A stretch of 64,000 nt of DNA, taken from NCBI GenBank assembly GCA_002269645.1, contig NIVC01000067.1, positions 434,001 to 498,000 of the forward strand. Reading direction: 5' to 3'. Position 1 is the stretch's first letter, and each line of letters begins with the position of its first letter. Under the pieces are notes generated by a model, which saw nothing but the letters and a program-made list of their open reading frames with translations, searched no databases and was not told the DNA's origin. Positions 37,482 through 49,496 of the stretch are shown here, one piece after another. A program made the translations under genes and the position numbers. Origin of the DNA: Macrostomum lignano. Its lineage: Eukaryota.

Positions 37482-39189
37482 GAAACAAGTTGGAATTTAT
37501 TTGACAATGAATCTCTGTTTAATTATATCAATATAAACTTGAATCAACATAACTTTATCTAAATTAATTTGCTTACCGAAATTAAGTGCTGTTACTGCCT
37601 TAATACAATAGAATTAGTAATCTAGCCTTGTACAGTAGTTGGTTTTGAGGTGCGAAATACAAGTGCGAGTTTTGAACGTTGCTTTGGCTGGGTGCAGTGA
37701 AAGTGCAAGTGCAAAGATTGAGCACGTTGTGACATGGCAGTTTTTTAAAAAAAGCACACAGTGACGTGGCACTGTCTATGCATTATAACTAAATTGAAAA
37801 ACTATAATCCGCAAACATAAAAAACATTTGCATATTAATTTGTAGATATTAGTATTCATCTTTAATTGGCCTAATGAAGTTCTAGCACATGTGCCATAAA
37901 ATTAAAAGTCAAGTGGATACACCTTCAAAAATGTATTTGTAGAAACTTCTTCTCATCAAACCTCATTAGGAGAATAGGGAATCAAGTAAATCGTCATTGC
38001 ATCAACCGTACAGGTAACTTTCTACACTTTTTTTTGCATTTTTGTAATTTTGGATCCCCCATAAGTCTCCACCGCAAGTTTCAGAAAAATCGAAAAATCG
38101 GAAGTATTTTATCAACATAAACTTGAAGAAGTCTGTTGGCCTACCTATAGCTATAGCTATAGCTATGTCTAGGATTCAATCAAATAAATAAATATATTTT
38201 ATTTACAAGTAGCAACATAATAATTTTCTTAAACAGCAATTAGCTAATCCCTATTAAATATTGTAACCAAGGGTGACCAGTTGGTGTACTAGAATATTTG
38301 TCTGTTTGCTAGGGCCTATTAATTAATTTTCTTGTAAACAAAAAACCTAAATTAAAAAGTTTAATAATCTTTTTTAAAAGTGCAAAAGTTTAATGCATGG
38401 AAGCTTGTTTAATTGAATGTATTATATAGTATTAGGCACAATTCTAATATTCATACTTTAATCCTATATACTAGAGTGATTCTGCCATGATATTGATAGA
38501 TTAGAGAAAAATGGCTTAACCAATTTTCATGAGACTTGCACTGCTCACAAAGGCCGACCGATTTGGCAGCCAACCAAGGAAGTCGCAAAAATGCCCACCA
38601 GAAAAAATACCAGTGTAGTACTAAGTAGCTGATGAGGCATTTTGACTTAATAAAACAGTTATAGTTACTCCTGCCATTTACCCAAAATTGCGTTAATTTT
38701 GCATTAGGGCATTAGGCCAAAAACTACGTCACATTTTTGTTAAAACTAAGTTGCATGGCCGACCGAATTTTGGCGGTTGCGCATGTATGGCACTGCTCAA
38801 TCAGAAATTTTCCCGTGATGGTACATATGTCTTGGCTAAGAAATTGCTCAATGCTAAAGGGATTAAATATGCAAAAAGCATGCTTTTTTGCAAAGGTCAA
38901 GCAAACTTTTTGACTTGAAATGCATCATAAGAATGTTTGAGAAAAAACTGACTGGTTGAATTCTGATTCTGAAATAGATTGCATCAGTTTGAATTGTAAC
39001 TTTGACTTGAATTGAAAATGCAATGTGGAAGCATAGCAGCAGACTTGTATAAGTCCTAAAGATCATGTTATCAAAATGATGAGAGCTAGCCTAGAGGTAA
39101 ACAGACTGAACTGCTAAATGCAGGGACGATGGTTCAAATTTTTAGAGAGTAGTGTTTTTTTAATTAAATCTTTTTAATGCCAAAAAAAC

Positions 39190-39650
39190 TGAAAAATCAT
39201 GGAAGTGTCATATAAAAAATCATAAAAGTGTCATGTAAAAAATCATAGAAGCATCATGAAAAAATCATAGAAGCATCATGTAAATAATCATAAAAGCATC
39301 ATGTAAAAGATCATAGACGTGTCATATAAAAAATCATAGAAGCATCATGTAGACAATCATAGAAGTGTCATATAAAAATCATAAAAGCATCATATAAAAA
39401 ATCATAGAAGAATCATGTAAACAATCATAGAAGCATCATGAAAAAAATCATAGAAGCATCATCAAAAAGTCATAGAAGCCTTATATAAAAAGTAATGGAA
39501 GTGTCATTTAAAAAATCATAGAAGTGTCAGGTAAACAATCATAGAAATGTCATGTAAAAAATCATAGAAGCATCATGGAAGAATAAAATAAGCGTCATAT
39601 AAAAATCAAAAGAAGCATTATGTCAGCCATGAAAGTGTCATGTAAAAATT
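39190..39650. repeat. Degenerate ~22-bp AT-rich minisatellite (aaaaatcatagaagcatcatgt)
   Basis: About 20 diverged copies. Confidence 0.88.
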
Positions 39651-40653
39651 AAATGAAGCTATAGTGCTATGCTGGGGAGAAGTACTGAGATGTCAAGGCT
39701 CATAGAGAATAACTGAGATTACGGGGGGGGGGGTTTCTGAGGTGTCAAAGCAAAAGTCAGAAGCTACTTCAAAGTATATGTACTTTACTTAATTTTTTTA
39801 TTACATTCTTTGTTGGCTCGCCATACTATGTATACATAAAAGAAAAGTCATGTTGAAGTTAAAAGATTCATTTGAGAATTGCTACAACGTCAAAGCTAGG
39901 AGGGAATCATTATAGTGCTGTGATTCTTAAAGAAGGAATCACTAAAATGTCAAGGCTTAGGGGAGAAGAATTCTGAGATTTCAAGGCTTTAGGTTGGGTT
40001 AAAGTTAGGTTTAGGTCAGGTTTGGGTTGAAGGTTAGATTTTAGCAGGTTTCAAGGTTAACAGGGGATTTTTTAGATTTCAAAGTTTATGGGGGCATCAC
40101 TGACATGTCAAGGCTTATGAGGGGGATGGCTAAAATGTCAAGGCTCACGGGAGAATAAATGAGATGTCAAGGCTAAAGTCAGAAGCTACATGTAGTTTAT
40201 TGAAAACTTTTTATTACATTATTTGTTGGCTCCTCATGGGAGGGATCACTGATAGAAAAAGTGTAATGTAAAAAATAAAAGAAGCTTCATGTCAAAGTTA
40301 AGAGATTCATTTGGGAATCTCTATTATGTCAAGGCTTGCAGGGAATTGCTATAATGCTATAGTAGTGCTATAATGACTCTTAGAGAGAATTACTAAAATG
40401 TCAATGCTTTAGGGTTAAGGTTAGGCTAGGGTTAGAAAGTAGACAGATTTTTTAAGATTTCAAGGCTTATGGGGGCATCACTAAGATGTCAAGGGGGGAG
40501 TTGATATGTTAAGGCTTGTGGGGGGAATTGCTGACATGTCAAGGCTTACAAGGGACTGCTGGGGTAAAAGGCAAAGAGATGCTATATGTAGTTTATTAAA
40601 AACAACTTGTGCTGCATCTTTTTGGCTCCCCAATAGGGGACACTGATTGCTAG
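39590..40653 (+). mobile_element. Tandem modules of a non-autonomous Helitron-like family
   Basis: Three related modules (gagatgtcaaggct motifs, ttagggtt tracts, agaagcta..tagtttatt..ttggctc); the last ends with hairpin TCCCC-AATA-GGGGA, a 9-nt spacer and CTAG|T. Confidence 0.6.
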
Positions 40654-41981
40654 TGTTATCTATTGGAGTATGCCTAACTATTTAGAATTTATTATAAGTC
40701 TTAAAACATTTTATGACTTATTAATTTTATATGTTGGGTATGCTTTTGCAAAAAACACTGCTTTTACAAAAACATTAAATGAATTTTTACAATTTTTATT
40801 GTATTTATACAATACAAGAATTCTATTCAAGGCCTAGTGGCCTAAAAATATAAAATCTATTTTTATAGATTCTATTGATAAGAAAATTGTTTTTCATATT
40901 GGTATAGATGGAAAAGAATTAGTAAGCAATCAAACAAAAAAACAATTAGCAATAAAGGGTACAGGCTTTGTTTTATGGATTGACCAACCATTTTTTCATG
41001 CATGATTAGAATGAGACCATGCATAAAACTGGGTGACCATGATTTTTTTATAACATACATTTTAATTTGAACATAGAACTATTATTACTAATACTACCAT
41101 GTCTAGTAATTTTTATTGATTTTTAGTTTGTTTTATCATGTTTATTGTTTAACCAAATTTATTATGTGGCTTTGTTATATCTGTGCTGACTTGTTGCAAT
41201 TTTAGTTTGCTTTTCACAATTGCTTCATACCCTAGTCAATATAATAAAGGAAATTGACTGGATTCATCTAACACTTTCTGTCTGATACTTAGTTTGCTTA
41301 TTATACTTTGCATTTACTAACTCTAATGCTTAGAAAGGTTAATTTTATTGTTATTAATGCTTTATAGTATATTATACTGACGTAGAAAGGAAGGTTTAAT
41401 TCACAAAATTAAAAAATTGTGATTGGCAAAAGACCTGCATGTTTTTTTTATTTGTGATCACATTTTTGTAATTGTGGCCATGATCATGGTCAATTCCTAC
41501 TTTGTTTCCTATAATTCCTACTTTGGGGCTACCCACTTGAATAAATATCTGACATAGTTTGACTTATTATAGTTGCATGGCTAGTGTAATTTTACTAATT
41601 TTACATGTTGTGTATATATGAATTAAGTGATTTATCTTTTATGCTAGATTTCTTGTTTTTAGATTTAGATTTCATTTATAAAAAACATATGCCTTAAACT
41701 TATTTACCAAATTTTTTTATATAGTCTCTAATATTTAACTTTTTAACTTTAGACCTAAAATTTATAAAAAATGGTAAAGTTAAAAGCTTTGGTTTGAATA
41801 ATATTAAGTAATCTATAAAATTGTGTTTGAATATTATTTAAGACTATAGTATAATACTGTTTGGCCTAAAATAAATTTAATAAAAAAGAATTCAGCTTCA
41901 AATGATCTATTTTGTTCTTATTAACAATGGGAATATAATGCCTAGGGGGGCAGTTGGGTATTAACCACTTCTTTCCCCCAG

Positions 41982-42296
41982 CCCTATTGGAATAAGTGGA
42001 CAAAAGGTGTCCAACTGTTTCACAATTTTGTAATTTTCTAGTATTGTATTGTGGCTGGAGTTAAAGCAGGTGGTGTTGCAGCACAGTGCAGTTTAGGGTA
42101 AATGGCAATAGTAACTACGACTGTCTTATTAAGGCTCAATGCCTCATTATCTAATAAGTACTATGTTGCATCATGCCATGTTAGCATTGTACAATGCTAT
42201 CAATGTTATGCTATCTATGTTGCATCATATTTTTGAGCTACTATTTTAGACCCCATGTCCCGCATCTGCAGGTTTTCTACACTTATTCCAATAGGG
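41982..42296. repeat. Perfect 17-bp inverted repeat pair (possible MITE)
   Basis: ccctattggaataagtg (41982-41998) and cacttattccaataggg (42280-42296); no TSD identified. Confidence 0.55.
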
Positions 42297-45200
42297 TCTC
42301 CCACTGAATTTTTAGAAATAAGGCAATGTAATATGCTAAAATCTCAAAATGTATGTGCTTGAATTTTTTTCTATGGGCCACTTTCTCCACCCCAAGGATA
42401 AGAGGGTGGTCACCTAGAGGCTATAGCCCCACTGTCCTGCCTGTGCTGCCATTGCTCATTAATGTTTTATTCACTTTTATAAAATTGGATAAGCCTAATA
42501 AAATATACATCTAGATAGATGCCTTACATGTAAAGATATAATACAAGGGGGTTTCATAAGTCCTTTCCCTTTTGAATATAGCTTAGACTATTAAGGTATA
42601 TTTGTAAAGTTGTTTGGACTGATATTAGAACTTTAAATTTTTTTATTATTTAAAACAGACTTATAGTTTTTTATTTGATAAAGTTATAAAACAAGAGCTA
42701 ATGTTTGCAATCACTAAGAAATTAACCCAAAAATTATTACAACCTAACACCTATCACCTAGACATAAAAAACTAGCTATGTTAAAAGATAGTCAATATTC
42801 TAATATGCTATCTTTACTGAATAGGGGGTTGTCCTTATAGGAAAATCTGAACTTGCATGGTAATTTTGCTTAAAAAGTATATTGTTTTTAGCTCTAATGA
42901 AGTCTATTTTTAATTTTACTTTTTAGGTACCTCCAAGTCTCTATACTATTCATTCTACAACTGGAGATTCTGCCATGTCCAATAAAACCAAACCAACCAA
43001 GCCTTCTAATATTTTGACACTGTCTCTACCAAAAGAAATTACCAGTTTCATCCAATAAAATATGCTATTTACTAGTATTGTAGAATCACTAGTTCTGTTA
43101 GGGCCTATAAGGGCCCAAACTAAACCTTGATTGCTTTATTAAGTTAAACTGCTTTTGAACTTCACAGGATTGTATAAGAACTAAGATAACTATTATAAAA
43201 TACTCTTGGGTCTGTGTTTTACTCCTAATTTTGTAAATATTTTTTTCACTTAATACCTGTATTAATAGTTGCATTACTATCAGTAGTACTATTAGTAGTA
43301 AGTTTTGCTTGCAATTGTTCATTGGTATTTGGTTTAAATAGCCATGAAAATGATAATCTGTTCTGAGTGATGAAAAAATAACCGAAGCTGTAAGCTGCTT
43401 TCAATAAAACATTGTTATTGTCACTTGGACTGAGAGTACTTTGCTTTTCAAGTGAGTACCTTTAGAGATATCATCGCTACTATGGTTGAAATTTGCCATT
43501 TCTTAAAAAATACCTGATGACTGTCACTTTCGCTTCTTTTTCTCGGATAGTAAGACTTTGCGTTATCTGTACTGTTGTGTGCGGGGCTGCAAGCTTTGAT
43601 GTATGGCCACTGTGTGTGTCTCCAGGTAGAACTTTAAACATCCCGCACTTAGCAGTATTGCAGTGTCATGGCCAAATGTCACGTGGACGCAGAAAAAGTA
43701 AAAGAAAATGGCGTAGTGGGAAGAAAGAAAAACTTTTTCAGTCAGCTTCACGGGACTGCATGCAGGAACGATTGGTATTGTACGAGCTAGAATGATATGC
43801 ATCCAAGGCTGGCCTGCACTGCATGATGATGGAGCACCAGGTGCTATTGATTTCAGACGCCAAAATACATTTAGCTACTATACTGTTATGGCTGCTGTGT
43901 TATATATGTAGATATTTGTGTGTAGAGACTGTGTTTTCTGTTATACGTAGATACGTAGCCATACTTTTCCATAACGGTTCGTTCGCAAAGTTTCTGAGCA
44001 CAATTACATCTCCATGAGGTTCGACGCCCTGGAGCATGGGAAACTGCCTCTGAATGAGAGTGTACGGAATGTAAAGTTTAATTCTTACTGTCTCGTGTCT
44101 TCCTATAAGTGGCTTTGTTCTTTCCAGTCTTTCAGTCTCGAAATCCATCCTCTGCTAGAAAGATCCCCCTCTTTTACCATCTGCATCAATTCTCACCTTT
44201 CTAATTTAGCTTCGTTCTTATTTCATTTTTATCTGACTGACCTGTCTACCTGTCCCAGATTGATATGCATCCCTGCATTCGTAGATATCTGATTGCATGA
44301 GTACAGTGCTCGTGCGACTGCTGGTCTGCCTGATAAGGAGATTGCGTTAAATTTTGCATCAAATTTGCACTTCTGCGCGTGGCGTCACCAAGCGCTCGCT
44401 CCGTAGCAAATTTACAGGGGGAGTCGCTGGAAAAGACGCTAATACCTGCGCACTAGGGTCATAGGCTCGTCCTGAGGAGTTGGAGGCTCACCTGTCAAGC
44501 CGCGGACATATTCATAGTTAAGCTTATTATTGGCTTTATGGGCTTGAAATCCATTATCAAAGGCATGTCAACTTAATCGCCGGAATGAAGCCTGTAGTTA
44601 AGCTTCAGACCAAACTACCTGTACTTAGTTAAAGGTTGGTTCAGTTGACTATCTCTAGGGAGGGACCTGGATGGGATGTCACGGTATTTTAATCTTCTGG
44701 CCTGGAGCTGTACTTTGGGTTCAAATCAGTACCTAAGCTAACATCCTCTTTAACGACTGTGAACGCGGGTGGTTCTTTCAAGTCTAGGTTGCTATAGCAG
44801 GTGATCCAAACGACATGGCTCAGTTAAAAGGATCTTCAATACTCGTATAGCTAGGAGTAAATATGTTACAAAAGAGCTTCTTCACAGATGATTGACCTGA
44901 CCAGTACTGCTAGACCGACCGGGTACATATCGGGCATTAACACATTTACGAGAGCGTATACTTGTAACTTGGCGGCTCGGCGGGCCAGAAAAGACTGGCC
45001 CGAGCATTTCGACTCGAGTCCGGTCGGGCCTCTAGAAATCGGGACAGCTCAGTTATTTAACGAAGCTTACAAAGAGACTATAATTATGTTTTGCAATATA
45101 TAATTACATATGTATATGCATATAAAATAAACAGATAAATAGAATTATATACAAGTACATTTTTAAGTTAATAAACTAGAGCCAGCCTAAAAATGATAAT

Positions 45201-46259
45201 TTCATATAGATATAGAAATTCTCAAAAATGACTTGTCCCGAATTCCCCGACTTTTTACGTTTGGTCATGATTTTGGTCGGGATTCCCGATTTTTTCGGGC
45301 CCAGGGCAGGCCGCGCCCTTCTTGTAGCTTTTAGCTAGTCCTGAATGCATGGTAGCTACATGTCTTAAAAATACTGCCTAATTTAAGTTGCTTGCTCTCT
45401 GGACTCAGAATACAACTATTCAGACATGATTTATGACATACTACTCAGACTAAGCATCAGTTAATTAATAGTGAACGCGGGCTCTCAACACATTGTCGTT
45501 TGTGACCGCGAAATCCTGTGTTCATTGCACTATATTATGCAGCAGCCTTCTGTCAAACGAGGAGCCTAATTCAGTTTTGGGTCATTTTGAGTAGCCTTTT
45601 CTTCTTCCTGCTCTTGGTTGGCTTTTTGGCTGCTTCTTTGACGGAAGCACGGTTCGAAACTCTTAAATATCGTCAAAGGAGTTGGGCGGCTCCCGCCTCT
45701 CGGCCGTGCTGCCGCGTTCCTGTCGCTGCATACAGCATTTCCTCTCAGCTGCCAGCCGAAATGAGCAACCACTGACAAACGAGCACTGGGTGCAGCTGGG
45801 GTCCTGCATCTGGGTCTTCTAAGAGAAATTTTAATAACCAGCATGACTTAAAAATTGTTTACGACTGTAATCACAGCTGTTTCTTTTCGCTTTCAGCCTT
45901 TTTCCTGTCTCTGTCCGCATTTCGGTTGCTCCTGGTGATCATATGCAAGATTTTATAATCGTGGAGCATCAATAAAACGCATGACTACTTAATGGATATT
46001 TTATGAGTAAATGTCAGTAATGAGATAAATCCAATAGTAGCTATTTGAAATCTTGAAAGCTATACGCTGTTTATTAGCTGTTTTCAAAGTATTAATTTTA
46101 ATGTGTTATAAATGATCGTTGCCTTGCCCTACGTTGGTACGTCCAATATACGCTCGTACCAAGGTTGGGGGTCAGCACACTACAGAACAGAACAGTGACG
46201 CCAGCACACTATAACTGAATGATATGGTAGAAAATCCCTCAAAATTAAATGATTCACAG

Positions 46260-46550
46260 GAGGGTTGCGCGGCCACCCTGGCGCAACGCCTTTGTCGACG
46301 CGTCGTCCCTCGACCAGCGCTGAGGAAATTCTGCCCATTCCACTGACTCCTGAGCACTTATAAGCACGCCAACAATTTACGCAGGCACGCTCACACAGGG
46401 TGTACAGCGGCCCTGACTTTCTAATCGTCAGGCATGTACACTCTGTGCCTTTGGCTCATAGTTGTGAATCGCAAGACAAACCCAGCAAATTTTCCTGCCC
46501 AAGCCCAAAATGAAAGTTTGCGTACGGAATCGATCCAGCGGTCGCGACGC
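46260..46550 (-). mobile_element. Diverged relative of the tRNA-derived SINE
   Basis: Shares caccctggcgca, ctgcccattcc, ctcacacagg..gtacagcggccct, ggcatgtacac and ggaatcga blocks with copies 1 and 2. Confidence 0.6.
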
Positions 46551-48071
46551 GTTATACATGTAGCTTGGTAAAAATGGGTCAAAAAGGCTTGAAATTTCTC
46601 TTGCTACGCAATCGAAAGAAGCCGTCGCATTGTCATCTCAATATGCCCACAGTACGAGTCTAATAAGCTATGAATCGCAAGAATTAAATTGGCCCTCTTA
46701 GATTCCACTGGCTGCACATTAGCTGGCTTCAAGGTTTAAAGTGCAGAAGTGCAGAAACGTTTTCTAAAAAGGATGTGAAACTTATGCATGCACAGCGCAT
46801 GCTGCATTAAAATGATTAAAAAAGTGCGCTTTAAAACTGGCAATGCAACTAAATGTATGGTCTAAATAGAGTTCTGTCTCTCTGTCCACACTCTACTATG
46901 GTCACTCACTTCCACTTTTCTGCTTTCAAGACTTTTCCTTCCCTCCAAAAAAACTTGAATATTATTATACACAGGACAACTGCTTTACTTAGGAAATGCA
47001 TTGAATGGCCATTGAGGCAGTCCATTTCGCACCTGTGTCCTGTATCTCTCGGCGATGGAAAAAGTTCAACGCACACAGTAGCTAGCTAAGCTTATTTGTT
47101 GCTGAAAATTTTAAAAAACTATTTAAATTTACCTTTGGCTATTTTAAGGTGTGATTCCAAGTTTTTAAGCTTAATTTTCCTCATTAATGATCAAATGGTT
47201 TCAAGAATGGAGTATGTTTTGTGCCTGTTATACATACTGTGTCTTACGAGCTAGTTATAAAGCGCCTAAGGCAACGTGCACTTGTACAAACTGCGTACAG
47301 GCATTTTATCAGAGCGGCTATAGTTTATTCAGATTGCTTGGGATAGCCATAAAGATACAGATAGTAGCTGTCAGGCAGCTAATAAGAGCTGAACTCTCTT
47401 TACCTACAAAGCCAGGAGAGCTTATACCTACTGCTTGATCGCAAGGTGGCACCTATCTCCGATTTCTTACTTGGGCGGCTCTATTCTAGCCAAAGTTAAT
47501 TTGTACAATCCTATATCACTATATAGAATTGATTTTGGAGCCCATCAAGAGCACCACAAAAGCTGCTTAGCTATAGCAGATCGTTAGATCGTTATTTTTT
47601 TTAAATACGTGCGTTTCGACGCGAAGACGATATTAAATTTCGAGTAAGTACATGTCTACCAAAATACCCTCAAGTAGCTCAAAGTTTCACTGGCGTCTGC
47701 ATAAAAATTATTCAACTTTGCTTTGTTTATCAGTTGCTTGAGCTAGTCTCTTATCGTCGAGTCATCTGTAAGCTTGAAATCGGCTCTATACATAATTGAC
47801 TTCCGACCCTGCAAACGCTCAGGCAAGGCCAGGCTGACTTTCGCGGGGAGCTTGAGCCTGCAGGCCCGGCTTCCCTCACCAGTTGCTGCTGCCCTTCTGT
47901 AAGCTCTATTCTAAACCAATCAGAACCCTAAGGCTGCATATATGTCTGCAAGCCTTCCCAAATGCTGAACTGAGACAACTGAAAAAAACTAATCGAAGCT
48001 TTTGGCCAAGACAGGATTTTATCAAAATTCTATCTGAAACAGAATTTTTATCTTAACTGAACTGTCGGAAC

Positions 48072-49496
48072 ATGTCGGAACAGCAGCTAGCAACTACAAC
48101 AGCGGCTGCTGTGGTGACCGCCAATACCAGCGTCAAAACTGCGCTACAGCTGGAGGAGGAGTGGGGCAGCCTCTTCTACACCAGACTGAACTCCTACTTC
48201 CTCATCTGGTACCTGCCACTGATTTTGTTGATTGGCACCCTGGGCGCTGTTTTCTGTACGCTCTTCATCTTCATGTCGAAGATGTTCCCAAAGATTATTC
48301 AGGTCTGGCTCATTAGCATCTGCTTTGGTGATTTTATGATCCTTATGTGGGACGCTCTGCGGATGTTCACGAAAATGGCGTTCGACTACGACTTCCGCGA
48401 TTCTGGCGTGGTCATCTGCAAACTTCAGGCCTACCTTGGCAACTTCTTCTTTCACTGGAGTGCCTACAATCAGGCTGCAATGTCCATTCAGCGCCTCATT
48501 TTTATCAGTTTCCCGCTGCGCTCGAGAACTTTGCTCACCACGCGACGGGTGATCGGTATCTGGGCCTGCATGGGCCTGCTACTGCTGTTCCCCAACATCA
48601 CTTACCTCATCTACTGGCACATCGGCAAGCGAGACGACTGCGAGCCAGTGGACAAATGGTTCTATTACGTCACAACTCTAGTGCACTTGGTGGTCTGGGG
48701 CATCATTCCGCTAGCATCTATGACCATTTCCACTGGTTGCATCTCTTTCCGGCTGATCCGTACCGCCGGTCCAATTTTAAGGCGAAAAGTGACGGAGTTG
48801 GCAGCGGTGGAGGAGGAGAAGCATTAGTGGCGGAGCTTTGAGCCTCACCAGCCAGCTGCAGCCGGAGGAAGGCGTCACGGATCTGACCAGGGAGCCCATG
48901 TTACACGTCTGCTAGTTTCCATGAACCTGTTCTACCTGTTCACAACCTTCCCGCTGCTCATCTACATGATGCATCTAAATTTCCGCCTCGAGAACAAGGT
49001 CGGCGTCACCATTGCCAAGAGCTTGCACAAGTCCTACTACTACCTGTTCCGGTCGATCGCATTCCTGAACGCCTCCCTGAATTGGGTGTTCTACTGCGCT
49101 GCTGGCAAAATCTTCCGCCAGGCTGCCAAGCGCATCCTGTGCAGGCTGTTCTGCCCGCACCGGCTTCGATTCAGGGGCGGAATGGGCGGCGCAGCGGCTC
49201 CTCACCGGCACCATCGAAACCACCAGCACCACGTACTGCAGAATCGACGGGCTGGTTCACCAGACGCCTCCGAGGCCACCGCAACTGCGACTGCAACTGG
49301 AACGACGGTGCCGCTGCTCAAGAAACAGCAACAGAGTCCGCTTGACTGCTCGCAAAGCGATTGCGATTGCAACGCAACAGCGGCGCAAGTTGCCTTTAGC
49401 GCAGACGGAGTCAGCAGCGATGACTACTGCTGCAGAGCGCCGGCTGCGGTGGCGGCAGCGACCGGCCATTCCCCTGCAGCCTCGGCTGTCAGCTGA
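48072..49496 (+). CDS. Class A peptide-type GPCR (FMRFamide/Srw-like), probably two exons (48072-48788, 48852-49496)
   Basis: TM1-5 lie in 48072-48827 (ICFGDFM, AAMSIQRLIFISFPLRS, LLFPNI, GIIPL) and TM6-7 in the same frame after a TAG at 48825 (TRLLVSMNLFYLFTTFP, NASLNWVFYC). A candidate phase-0 63-nt GT..AG intron removes the stop. Confidence 0.8.

Noticed and set aside
45518-45775. ORF with a hydrophobic stretch
   Set aside because: Non-ATG start and no homology cue.
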